A stretch of DNA of 32,677 nt, from contig JAAOMT010000721.1 in assembly GCA_016748015.1 (NCBI GenBank), positions 11,280 through 43,956 on the forward strand, given 5' to 3'. This document shows, piece after piece, positions 1 to 12,118 of this stretch (its first letter is position 1; each line of letters starts with the position of its first letter). Position numbers and translations under genes: made by a program. Under the pieces are notes generated by a model. It saw nothing but the letters and a program-made list of their open reading frames with translations. It did not search any database and was not told the DNA's origin. This DNA is from Geosiphon pyriformis uo1. Its lineage: Eukaryota; Fungi; Glomeromycota.

Positions 1-1
1 T

Positions 2-253
2 GCTCAAAACCCTGAAGAAAACTACAGTATCGAATCGGAGGATAACCCGAGTGCTCAGCCTTCCCCAGCTGGTCCATCATCAAGCTTTCTTCCCCCGAAA
101 CAATGCCCTTCGGTTCTGAGTTTGCAATGGTTATCATCTTGTACTTGGCAACAAAATAGCTTTTGTTGGCAACAGGGCAAGTCATGTAAGATTGTACAAA
201 TAGTAACATCATTCAAACCATTCCCTAAATGTTCTGTCGCAGCTTGTGTCTAA
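2..253 (+). CDS. 3' end of a small cysteine-rich protein (5'-partial)
   Basis: Frame 2 is open from the window edge to TAA at 251-253: AQNPEENYSIESEDNPSAQPSPAGPSSSFLPPKQCPSVLSLQWLSSCTWQQNSFCWQQGKSCKIVQIVTSFKPFPKCSVAACV*. GC is clearly higher than the flank. An acidic/Pro-Ser spacer precedes a C-x11-C-x7-C-x6-C-x14-C-x4-C domain. Confidence 0.7.
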   Translation, partial: AQNPEENYSIESEDNPSAQPSPAGPSSSFLPPKQCPSVLSLQWLSSCTWQQNSFCWQQGKSCKIVQIVTSFKPFPKCSVAACV

Positions 254-1289
254 TGTTTAAATCCTTAGCATTGCTTACTTTTAAAAGTGGTTGTGCATCT
301 TTTAAAAGATTATTTTTTACTTGTCATTTAATTCATAAACCTTGTAATTAAATGAAATTGTTACTCTTAGTATATTTATAGTAAGTCAGTTATTTAGTCT
401 AAAGCTTAGCTTATCTTATTTCCCAATTTATAACTGTATCTTAAATTTATTTAACAAATGAAATTTCTATTATATTCTTATACCTCTTGCTATTAAATAA
501 AATAAATACTTTACTTGTACTTTAAATTTAAATAAATTTTAAAGTTATAATAAAGAGTCATTTTAAAAGCTAAGGTTGATTTGTTCAAAGAAATTCGATA
601 CTCTTTAGTAAATTGTCAATATCTTCCTAGCTCTTGTAAAATTTGTAGTTTTTAGTGATGGTTGCTTTTTGATGAAATTTTGACTATTGAATATTGAATT
701 TTCAGAGTATTAGAAAAATTCAGGTGTACAAATAAAATTTTAAAAATTTTAAATTTTGTACCTAAACGAATAACACTGTAGAGTGAATTTTACACAGGCT
801 CTGTGGTCCCTTCACCTATTTGAGGCCAATTAGCCTATCCTTTCGTTAAAGATTTTGAGATACGTAGCTCTCAAAATATAGGCAATACCAATGAAAATGA
901 GTCATATGCTTTTAAAATTTCTCATATTAATTATATGTACTATCCCATGAAATATTTATATTTGACTTAATAAAAAAAAGAAATCACCTGCTAATTTCAC
1001 CTAAAATGAAATGCAATTTTAGATAACCACCTTTCATCTAAGGAGAAGGTAATTATAAAATGGAAGCCGATCTGACTGTAGACCTTTAAAGTTTTACAAG
1101 CTTTTTGCTTATATTATAGTCAAAGGAATTCATTCATATGAAATTATAATTTTCAGAAATCAAAATTTTGTTATTAATAAAAAATTTAAAACTTAATTTT
1201 TGAACAATAAATACTTTTACTATAAAATATTCTAACAACAATAAGTTTAATTTAATAACAGCTCCTTTATATATATACTGTGCCTTGAA

Positions 1290-2300
1290 TTTAAATTTAG
1301 CCACTGATTGACGATAGGGTTATGTAGTTTTGTCCTCCAAATCATAACATCAATAATTCTTTCAGCATTAATTCTAACTCTAACCTTCATTCTAGTCATA
1401 TACTTATCGAATTTGGCCCAATTTTTATTGTAAATTTATTTTAAAAAAATCTTTAAAATTTTTTATATCTATCGAATAAAATTATTCTTTTGGGATTTAA
1501 AACACTAATGTCGCTTTTACTGTCAAAAACCTAATGTATCCAACGATTGAATAATATTTTTGACTCCGAATTTAAGTGGACATGATTTTGGGTTTTAAAT
1601 GACGTTATAGTTAAATTCTATTGGTAAAAATTTTTTTAACACGATATAAGCTTGACATATTGTGTTCTTGCAAGCTTTCCGGAAGCTACAAAGATTTTCT
1701 TTATAAAATATATTCAAATAAGCGCACAGAAGCTCTATGTTCATTTAAGGGACTTTCCAAGTGTTGAAACATAATTTGTCACGGGTTTTGGTTCGTATTT
1801 TATTTTATTTTTTAGTCAAGTCAATAAGAAATTTCATAATGTTTTTGAATATTAAAGTCAAGTTCTTGAAAATAGTTGTGAAATGTATCTCTGTTAAAAT
1901 CTTTCTTTGTTCTTGTAAAATTTATTAATAGTTTTCGAATTATTTTGCTTGTCTTTTAAAGCACTGAAATTTCTGAAAAAATGACTATTAATTTCTTTTT
2001 TAACACATTTGTAGAGTGCAGTTTTTATACTTATGCAGCCATTTCAAATTTCAAATTGTTGTTCACAATAAATTTAAAGTTGTTAATAATATTCTAAGAC
2101 TGTTGTTTCAGTAGTTGTTACTTTGTATAAATCTCAACTAGTGGTAATTCTGAAAGAACATTAAATATTACCAGACTTAGTTTTTAGGTAATTAGAATCT
2201 TTATTTATTTTTTAATTTTTAAATGCTGCCAATTTTTATCTATGCTTTTTCCTGTAGTTGTATGCTGTAGAATCTTTAAAATCTGTCGCTATTTTGTATC
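1290..2300 (-). mobile_element. Degenerate hAT-type transposase relic
   Basis: Degraded motifs occur in hAT order on the minus strand: TTS*DLY (~2140, cf. TRWNSTY), ILTEIHFTTI (~1880, cf. LSGxxYPTI), LLCAYLNIFYKK (~1720, cf. AxxLDPRxK), and KYM..NAERI..RTKLHNPIVNQWLNL (~1400-1300, cf. hATC dimerisation KYL..SERxFS..RxxLxxxxVNxLLFL). Many stops and frameshifts; no TIRs found. Confidence 0.45.
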
Positions 2301-4099
2301 AGAAAATTTATTCTCTCTTTGAACAATGTCTAACTAAAAGGCACTTTAGATTTTTATCCAAAAACTAATCCCTGAGTAGATTGGTCTAGTTCAAAATATT
2401 TTAATTTCAATAATCACAATTTTTTAGAAAGCTTAATATCAAGTTATTTTCAAGTCAATAAATTCTAGGTTTTTTTACCAAGTTTAATGGCAATAATACT
2501 CAGTCTAATTTTTAGATAATAAAAAGTTAAATTTTTGAAATAATTACAAGTGTATTTTTGTTTTGTGTCTTAGAAACTTAAAGAAGACTAATTTCAATAA
2601 AGTTGCCAACTAATTAAGTTTTACATTTTTAGTTATAATAGATGACAAAAACTTTGAATTTTAGTTGATTATGGTTTGTATAAAGAGTATTTTTTTTAGT
2701 AAATTATATTTATTTTAAGTATTCAATCTTTAAACTACTAATTAATTCCAATTAAATTAATTTACAAAATGTAATTTATATGTATTTTATTTGGAAGTTT
2801 TAAAGTAAATCATTTTATATACTAAATAATAGAAACATAATTATTTAAATTTCGTTTATAAAATATTTCTTCATGTATATGTGTGTTTGTGTTATTAAAA
2901 TGTAATTTTTTTTATTAAATATGTGCATAATAATTAATTTTTAATTGTATATTGTAATTTTATATAATTTTATGTTATTTCTATTAATTTACAAAATATT
3001 AATATTATTATAGTTGAAATTTTTTTATTATCTATTAATTATTAAAATTACATATTTTGCTATTTTATTTTTAGAATTTACTTTTAACTTAATTATTTAA
3101 CTTAATTAATGACTTATTCATCATCTTAATAATTAATTTGGTTGGTTTGTCAGTTTATTAGCAATACAAAGAATATTATTTTAGTCATATAATTATAATT
3201 TTCTCTTAATTTTTTATTTTAGTCGAAATTATTTAATTTTAAAAGTGCTAATTATGACATAAATTATAGGATGTGTATTATTTTTATTAATAAACACAAA
3301 ATATTTCTTTAGTTTTAAAAATATTAAAAAAAATATATTTTAAATTACTTTTATAATTTTTAATTGGTTATTCATTAGTTTGTTATTGCAACTTGTAAAA
3401 ATACAATTAATTTACACTATTTAATTTAAGATATCAAAAACAACAATATTATTAATTTTTTATTTGGTGAAAATTTATTTCTTTTAGTTATTTATTTTTT
3501 AAAACTATTTAATAAAAAGTATATAAAATTTTTTAATAATATTACAAATTACAATAGCAAGTTAGTAAATAACAAGAATTTAAAAAACACCAAATGAAAT
3601 GTGTAAGAAATTTAATTGATAGAATTAATTTAAAATTGCAGTTTCTAAAAATTTTAAAATAGTTTATAATAGTTAATAAAAAATAACATAATTGTTATAA
3701 TTTTTTCAAATTTAAAAATAAATATTAAATTATTTTACCAATTATTTATTTTATAAATTACAAACCAAGTTTATTTTTTAACAAATTTAAATTTAATAAA
3801 AAACATGCACATTTAATTGATTTGATTTTAAAAAAATTGTGAAACTATAATTAATTGAATGTAATCAATACTTTATGATTTTAGCAAATATTTTTGCATT
3901 ATATATATTTAATAAAAAAATAATTAATTTAATTAACAATTTAATTAATTATTAAGTTATTAATAAAGTTATTAATCAGGTTAATAATAATCAATTTTAT
4001 AATCAATATAGTAACAACTAATTTTAAAAATAAAAATGTAATATTAATGGCTAATATATAATTAATATAATTAAAAAATTAAAATATGAAAAGATTTAA

Positions 4100-4294
4100 A
4101 GCAATTTATTACCTGCTGAGTTTGCTACAAATCTTTTCCATATTATGAAAAGTCGAATTGAGGGGTTAATTGAATTAAGGGGGATTATACAATGTATTAG
4201 AGATCATAATATATTTTAAACTTTGAAATAAAAAAAATCATTTATCTTGCCTGTGCATTAATTTATGGGGGTCAAATACTTTTTCGATGTACTG
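4100..4294 (+). mobile_element. Tc1/mariner right-end remnant (transposase C-terminus plus one TIR)
   Basis: EFATNLFHIMKSRIEGLIEL-(frameshift)-GDYTMY* resembles the Tc1 C-terminal consensus NLxxSMxxRxxAVIxxKGxxTxY. It is followed by GGGGTCAAATACTTTTTCGATGTACTG, whose reverse complement CAGTACATCGAAAAAGTATTTGACCCC is a typical Tc1 TIR start. No left TIR recognised. Confidence 0.7.
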
Positions 4295-5372
4295 AATTAT
4301 AAAAATGCAAGCTCATCTTGATCAGCATAACTTTTGATTTCAGCCTACGGCCTAAAAGAGACTAAAAAACAATTTTTGGAGGTAGAAAATTTTCAACCTG
4401 CTGCGATTCAAAGGCAAAACTTATGGACTTTTAATGAAATCAGTTGCGGTACTTTTTCCACAAGAGTTGTGTGCAACCAGTTGCCATTCATTTCTAATGC
4501 TACACCATCAAGGCTAGAATTCCCTGAATTGAAATGAATGATTTGTATTGGATTTACTTTTGAGATAAGATTGGATAAATTGAATTCAAAGATGTTGCGA
4601 ATAGATGTGAAAATTTGGAAAATTTTAACTAGAAAAACTAATTTGTTTATTCTAATAATTCATAAAGAAAAGATAAATCAAATTATCAATATTTGTTTTT
4701 TCTATTAAAAATAATTTTTTTAAAATCAATTAATATTGACATTATTAATTTTTACAATAAATTTATATTGAAAATTATTCATTGCAACTAATTTTTAATT
4801 TTTTAAGTTAATAGAATATTTAATATAGTAAATAAAATTTCTTGGAGCCGTTTATTGTTAAAAATGAATTGATAAATTTGCCACAATTGTCACCTTTTTT
4901 TGTAAACCAAAATCATTGTGAAAATAAAACTTTATAATATAATTGCTGACATTTACATTTGATTAAAAATTATAGACGAATCCTAGTCATTTTATGCTTA
5001 ATAAATTTAATGTGTACTTACACAATGCCACCAATATTTAATACTCAATCAAAATTTATAAATAGTATGTGTGAAACCATTCAGTTTAGTGTAAATATCA
5101 AAAAATACTCTGAATCAATCAGTTAGAAAGAACTTTAGGTTTTTATTTAAGATAGCAAATTCAATCAACTAGACCTCTTTTAAAGAAAAACTTTTATAAA
5201 TTCGATTTATTACTTTTTACGCCTAAACTTGCGACTTTGAAATTTTTAATTTATAATTAAATTTATAATTAAATTTAAATTAATTCAATTCACTTCACCT
5301 TAATTTACTTCAATTTATTCAACAGTAAATTGAGGTAAAAACTCGGGGTATTAGCTATCAGGTTTTACTTCC

Positions 5373-6946
5373 TCAGCCTCCTCTATTCTTTGATTTCTTC
5401 ATCATATAGCCAAAGTAAGGGCCATTATGTGGTCCGATATCACTCGGAGGACGATTTTCATTTTTTAAAACCGGCTTGAATGTTGTATATTGAGCATTGC
5501 ATGACTTTGAACATTGAAAAAATGATAAATAATTATTATTAACTTTTGAAATATATTTTGCATTTATAAAACTAAATGTAAAATGAGAAAAAAGAAAAAC
5601 CTGATTTTCAAGGAATGTGTCGCCTACAGTGCATCGATATACTTCTGGAAAAAAGCTTAATGTACGTGGTTTTGATGAGAGACATTCGCATGATGCCTCT
5701 TTTTTTATCCAATATTCAGTTCTCAAATGACGATAACCAAACTTTGTCGATGGAAATGAAGTTCTTACATCATCGGAATGTGTCACACGATAAACGGTAA
5801 TTTTGGAATCAGCATAAATTGCTAAATTTTCATCTCCCATTCGTGGCTGTCCAAAGGTCACCACGACTGGTCGTTTAGCAAATATTCCATCTGCAAAAAG
5901 CGCGGACAAAACTGCAAAACCTATTTTGTATGCCAAAAAAAAACTCCTTTCATTGTTAGATTAATTATGAGAATACACTCATTAAATTCATTAAATAGAA
6001 AGATCCTCACCACCACCAATGTCAAATCCAATAAATCTAATTTTTGGCAAAATAGTCTCATTTGACAAGAAATTTTCTCCCCATTCCATTAATTTAGCAA
6101 AAAGATCTTGCACAAGAGATATTGTCCATTCTTTGTGATAAAAATGATCAATCATTCCAGCATTAGGGATGTGATTTGTGATCAATTTGTTTTGCCTCTT
6201 TTGCCAATTTTCTAACCTATCCACTGAGTTTTTAAAAACAACAATTATCTCAGCGGCTCGGTTTGTTGATGTTGACCTTATATAAAGAAACTGAACTAAT
6301 TTTTTTTATAAAGAGACCAGATTTTTAAAATTTTACAAAAAAGATTTTGTCAAAATTCAGAATTTCTTTGTTATTTACCCCAAATATTCCCCATCAATCG
6401 GGTGTGGTGACCATCTTTAACTCCAAAGTCTTCTAGATAAGATGCACTTCGAGCAAGAAATGAAAGTAAATTTAAGTTGGTAACTCGTTCTATTGTTTCA
6501 GGAATTTCTTCGGTAGCTTCTCTCTTTGGAATTTTTTTTTCTAGTTTCTTCCAAAAATTTTGAATTTCCGGTCTAGAGATATTATATTTGCAATGAAACT
6601 TGATTTCGGTAAATAAAGAAACATTGTTTGTTCTATTGTGATCGAGATTTCTTATTTGATTTGAAAAATTCGAAATATTTAAGCATTGATTCCTCTTGAA
6701 GTTTTTCTGGACAAAATAATTAATTTTTACAGTCGAGGTCAGGCTAAAGCAAAAAATAGTTAAATAAAAAAAGGCCAGAGCTAAAAATATCTTTGGATAT
6801 ATTGGCTTTTTAATCCAAAAGACTAAAAAAACAGGGGTTTTGAAATCTTGTGAAGGTGGCAATTTCAAGGTTTGTTTCAAAACATTTTGAATCATGTTAA
6901 ACCTAAGTATTCTCTTTGCATTAATACAGATGTATATAATACTCAT
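5373..6946 (-). CDS. Class-3 lipase-like protein, copy 1 (Ser->Asp, GFDIGG); 4 exons
   Basis: Exons 6946-6379, 6295-6011, 5920-5601 and 5504-5373 have GT..AG boundaries and a continuous frame. Motifs: N-terminal hydrophobic stretch, IIVVFKNS, GFDIGG, VVTFGQPRMGD, YRVTHSDD, EYWI, HNGPYFG. The start codon is uncertain (alternative ATG near 6895). Confidence 0.88.
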
Positions 6947-8019
6947 AAAATGAAATTGGACTCTGTTTAATTAATTTCCAAAATCATTTCTTTACTTTTC
7001 GGTTATCCATCTGATCTTTAGATTCAAAGCTGGAATTTAGTTATGTGGATCTGCTTGAACTTTTTGTTTGATCTTGGGTAATATTTAAATGATCTTTATT
7101 TGATTGAAAGATCATATTTTTGGGGTTTTGTCTATTAATGAGCCAATATTTTGAAAATACGAGCCCTTAGGATACCGTATTACTATGATGAATATTATTT
7201 TTAATTAGATTAGAATAAAGAAAATTTTTAAAATAAAATAAAATTATAAGAGAGAATGAGTTTGATAGTTTAGTTTTAAAAATAAAATTATAAACTGAAA
7301 TAATAAACTAAAAGGTCAATCTCAAGCAAAGTATATTCTCCATAACAGTATTCTTAACTCATATTACTCATTCGTTAAGCATCACAAAGCTTCTTATTTA
7401 TCATATAGCCATTTTTGATGGGAAAACTTGAATCTAAAGTCCACACTACGTTATAATTTCATCTTAAATATTTGTATATATTATATAATTTTTTTAATTG
7501 AGAAGTAGTAATTATGCTTTTTGAATTATATCTGGTAGCAAGTGCCCAAAAATAATTCATCTGCTTCAAAATACATGTCCAAAAAAGATATCAGTTCTTG
7601 AAAATCTTAATCTTGTTGAGCGATCGCAATTTCAAATTAAAAAATTTAGTAATTAAATTAAATCATATTTTGATATCAGTTGTGAGATTTAGGCAAAACT
7701 TAAGAATATATTCGCTTACACAATAAAGATTTCTCGGGGATACATAAATTAATTTAGGAACAATATTTATATCAAGATTTTAAATATGATGTGTGCATCT
7801 TTGTCAATTAAAAATATTATTCCAGATCAGTTATTATACTCTGATATCGCCGTAGCAGCAAGTGCTTTGCTAACCGTTTCATGATAGTAAGTTGTTCTGT
7901 AAATTAACATATATATTTTATTCTCCGTGTGAGCCTATCGATAAACGATAAAGGAAAATTGACAGAGAAAAAATTTCTTCTGACAGTAATCAAATGATTA
8001 GGCTTTGAAGAAAATTTAT

Positions 8020-8660
8020 TTTTAAAGGAGGAAAATATAAAACATTTATCTTGCCAGACTATCTTGAAATAAATACCTCCAATTGGTAAATTTACTGGAT
8101 TAAAAGGTGGGAGGAAACAAAGACCCAAGTGATCAAATTTGAAATAAAAAAAATTAATCTAGTCGTCACTGATATTCAACGGGAAATGAAAAAATAAGAT
8201 TAACCGTGTGAGTAAAGATATAGCTAAATTTCCAAACCTTTATTTTTAACGACAAACATTGAAAAAATTTACAATGGGCAAAAATCCAAAAATTTTGACT
8301 GGAATCAAGTTATGTTTTCAGATTTCACTTGAACCAATCAAGATTAAAAGTTTGGAAGTTTATTGAATGAAACACCACCCATTAATTAAAATTAATGTAT
8401 GGGAATTTTTTTTCAGCTTCAGGCTTTGGTAAACTAATTCGATTCTAACACATTCTAAATACTGATTTTGTAATTACAATATACAAACAAGATCTAGTTT
8501 TTAGGAACAATTCTATAAAGTGGATTTTGTAAAAAAAAATAATGATCTAAAATATTTTTCGAAAAAAGTGGCTCATTGGAAGGAGGAAAATGTTAATATT
8601 ATTTCATACCATCAATTCACCTTTCCAAAATTCGATTGAGAATAATAAAAATTAATGTAG
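8020..8660 (+). pseudogene. Tc1-family (DD34E-like) transposase pseudogene
   Basis: Ordered motifs interrupted by stops and frameshifts: YWIKRWEETK (HTH), LQWAK, DWNQVMFSD (8297-8323), KINVW..SASGFGKLI (from 8388), WIL*..NNDLKYFSKK (from 8521, cf. QxDNDPKH), WKEENV, and SPFQNSIEN (8617-8643, cf. SPDxNPIEN). Confidence 0.85.
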
Positions 8661-10603
8661 TGAAAAAAATTAAAACTCTTACAGGATTAAAAGTGCAATG
8701 AGCAAAAGAAGGGAATCTTTTGCCTAATGAGCTGCTGCAAATCTTGTTCCTAGTATAAAAAATTGAGTTAAGGAATTAATTAAAGTTAGTAGGATTAACA
8801 GTTCATCATCACTATAGACTGAAAGTCACAGCATACCGAAAATTAACCAAACAGTCCCACGATTGTAGACTAAGATTACTATAGACTAACAGTTACAGCT
8901 TTCATCCAAATCAATTAGACAATTAACAATTAAATGAATGACAGAACATGTTTATGTACTAGGTTAAAATTATTTTTTTTATTTAATTCTACCACAAAAG
9001 TAAATAACTATACTTATTAAACAATTTACACAGTTATAGAATGGATTATTAAAATTAATCATTGTAATATTTTTTGGTTGATTATTATAATTTTGCTTAT
9101 TTATAATATTAATTAATATATTTAGATTATTAATTTTATATTAAAATGTATTTTTTTTATAAAATTTTTATCTTATTTTTAATTGTTAATTTCAATTTCA
9201 AAATAGAATATATAAAAAATATGAAAATATACTCTATTTTTAATAATATATTTATAACAGCTGTATTATTTTAATAATCATTATAATTTATTTCTTAATC
9301 TTTAGATTTCTTTTAAAAAAAATTAGCAATTGTAATTTCAAGAATAATTACATTAATTAAATTAAATTTATATACTTTTTTTTTGTTATCATATTTTTCA
9401 AATTTATAACAATATTATTAATTAGTAAAAATTATAAAAGGCTAAAAACTGATCCACTTATTGCTACATAATTTGTACTACGAAAAATAATTCTCAAAAA
9501 AATGAACAGTAAAAAAATTTCTCAATGAATTTGGTATTTGTCTTTTCTCTTATTTGATCAATTGTAAACAAATATTTATTTAAAGACTTTAAAGCTATTT
9601 TTTTGTTAGTAAAATGTTTTTTTTAGATTTATATTCAGAAAAAATTTAAATAAATTTAACCAAAACATGGTTAATTCAAGTTTAGAATCACAAAAAATTA
9701 TAATTTTAGCATTTTTTGGTTATAAGAATTAATTTTTATAATATAATTTTAATAAGCAGTAAAATATTTTTTAAATTCTATATATAAAATTGCTTTTACA
9801 AATTTATAAGTTAAAACTAAAATATTTTAAATTACATCAATTTAAAAATTCTTTAATATTAACTCTTTTTAATAACAATTTCAGAAATTAACTTTCAAAA
9901 ATAGCTACCTATTAATTTTGAACATTCGTGAGTATGATTATCAATATCAAAATCTTGAAACTGATAGGGTTTGTTAGTTTACTAATTATTAATAAAATGA
10001 GAAATCAAAAATATAATAAAGGAGTAAAATAACATATTTTAAGAGTAATTGAAAAATTACAGAATAAAATCATTAAGGAATTAAATTTAAGCCAAAAGAA
10101 AGAAATGAATTATTTATAAGATGTTTCATATAAAACAAGAAAAAATTAGCACTAGTAAATTGATTCAGCAGTTAGTTAACTATTTTTTGTTTATAAAACT
10201 TTCCAAAACATTTGCAGTAAATGTTTTTTGATCAAAAACAAAATAAATAAGAAAAGAAATAAAATATTAATTTAATAAACATGTAGAAAAAAATGTTGGA
10301 TAGTATTTTGTATTTCAAATTCTCTCACTTTTGAAAATTAAATCACTTAAATTCAGCTTTATTTATCCTCTAGTCAGTTTTAATTGAACAAAATCGGTTT
10401 AATTTAATTCAAATTAAGCTAACAGTACCACCGAAATTGGCTTGACCAAATCTTTTGATCATATGAATCAAAGAAGTCGCATATATTTAATGTCAATCAC
10501 GATCTTTGAAATCTATTTAATATTACCCCAAAAATTATTGATGGATATAGCTTAAGATTTTTTTTTGAAATAATATATTTTACAGTTGATGGGGAAGCCT
10601 ATT

Positions 10604-12118
10604 CTATGAACAATCATTTATATTCACTCCAAAATATGGTCCAGAATGTATAAAATTCAATGGTACCTGATCGATTGATTGTCCAGCATTGCACTCCTTT
10701 ATTTATTTATTATTCGTATTAAAAAAATTCAAGATTAAAAAACCTCATTGGACAAAATCTTCAGAATAATCTACCAACCAGATTTTCTCCGGAAATCCCA
10801 GCGTTGGGGAATAATGATCTATCCGAAATTTCAATTTGTCGCCATGATCTAGAATTATAATCAAAACCTGGACATTCCCATATCTCTACTTCTCCCCCCT
10901 CCTCCTGAGGACAGTCACATGGTAACAGACTCATCCAAAATTCCAATTCGTGGTGTCCTAAAATATAATTTCCTGTTTCAGGATTAGGAAAATGTGGGAC
11001 GTGATCATTGGTATGTGTCACACGTTTAACGTCTAGCCATTGATTAATTAATTTGGCAAAAACTACGTTTCCGATTCGAGGAGCGCCGAACGTTACCGCT
11101 TCTACATCAAAATAAGAGAATTTGAAGCTGCTGATCAAGCTTTTTTCATCTTTTAAGTAAGATTCGATTTTCCATGTAAGAGCGGCAAATGTTGCATATG
11201 CTATTGGGGAATGTATAATAGAAAAATTTTCTAAATATTAATAAAATTTTGGAAATGATATTTTACACACTTACCACCACCTACACCCCATCCTGTGAAG
11301 CAAATTTTGGAAAATTCTTCTAACCCTCTTTCTTTGAGATTATGTTCAATATCATGAAAAAGAGAGGTTTTTATTGAAAGGAAATCATTTTGCCATTCCT
11401 GATCCACAAGAATTAATTGATTGGGCCTTAGGTCATTTATTTCAAACGTTACGAAATTTGGGCGTCGATTTGCCCATTCAAATTTCGTCAATGCTACCCC
11501 TAAAAAATTTTATATTAAGCTAATATATTTGGATGAGTCTTTTGATTTTGAAGATTTAAAAAAAAAAAAGAATTACCTGAGAAAGCAATAATTAATGCTC
11601 TTGAAAATTTTTCGTTTATCATATTAACTATATAAAATTGATCATGCTAAAGAGTTTCGAATATTAAATATCCACAAATTAAATATCTCTTCTGGTAAAT
11701 TATAATATATGGCACCTCTGATTTGATGTCTACTCAGCGGAGCATCTTTTTTGCAAAAACTACGGTTGCATAAAATAGCCATGTTAGCAGTTTCTGTAAT
11801 AAATTCTCCGTAATTGTCGTTATCCAATCGCTTTTTCGACGAATATTGAAATGAACGTGAGAGTATATCAGTTTCCCAGGTCGAATTAAATTTATCAGAG
11901 GTTGCATTTATTCTATGGAATGAACTTTTATTTGTTGATTCTAACCGCCAAGTATTAATCGTACCAGGCGAAAGCAACCTTGTGAATGTTGAAGAATGCA
12001 AGACATTATTAAAGATCCAAAAAAAAGCTACAAGTGCCCAGATAATAATACAGATTATCGAGTGAAAAAAAGGTTTGTAAGAGTGAAGGAAAAAAGCTAT
12101 AATCGAGATTTGTGCCAT
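10604..12118 (-). CDS. Class-3 lipase-like protein, copy 2 (Ser->Gly, GWGVGG); 5 exons
   Basis: ATG at 12118. Exons ~12118-11716, 11627-11577, 11499-11275, 11200-10779 and 10696-10604. Motifs: two N-terminal hydrophobic segments, ALIIAFSG, GWGVGGAYA, VTFGAPRIGN, RVTHTNDHVP, HHELEFW, ECNAG, HSGPYFG. The exon 1 donor is uncertain. Confidence 0.9.

Noticed and set aside
4334-4620. ORF 4334-4537 and an antisense open frame in a moderately GC-rich patch
   Set aside because: Non-ATG start, no recognisable motif or exon chain; possibly a repeat fragment.
8749-8963. Possible MITE bounded by CCTAGTA/TACTAGG with internal ACTATAGACT repeats
   Set aside because: Only 7 bp of perfect inverted match and no convincing TSD.
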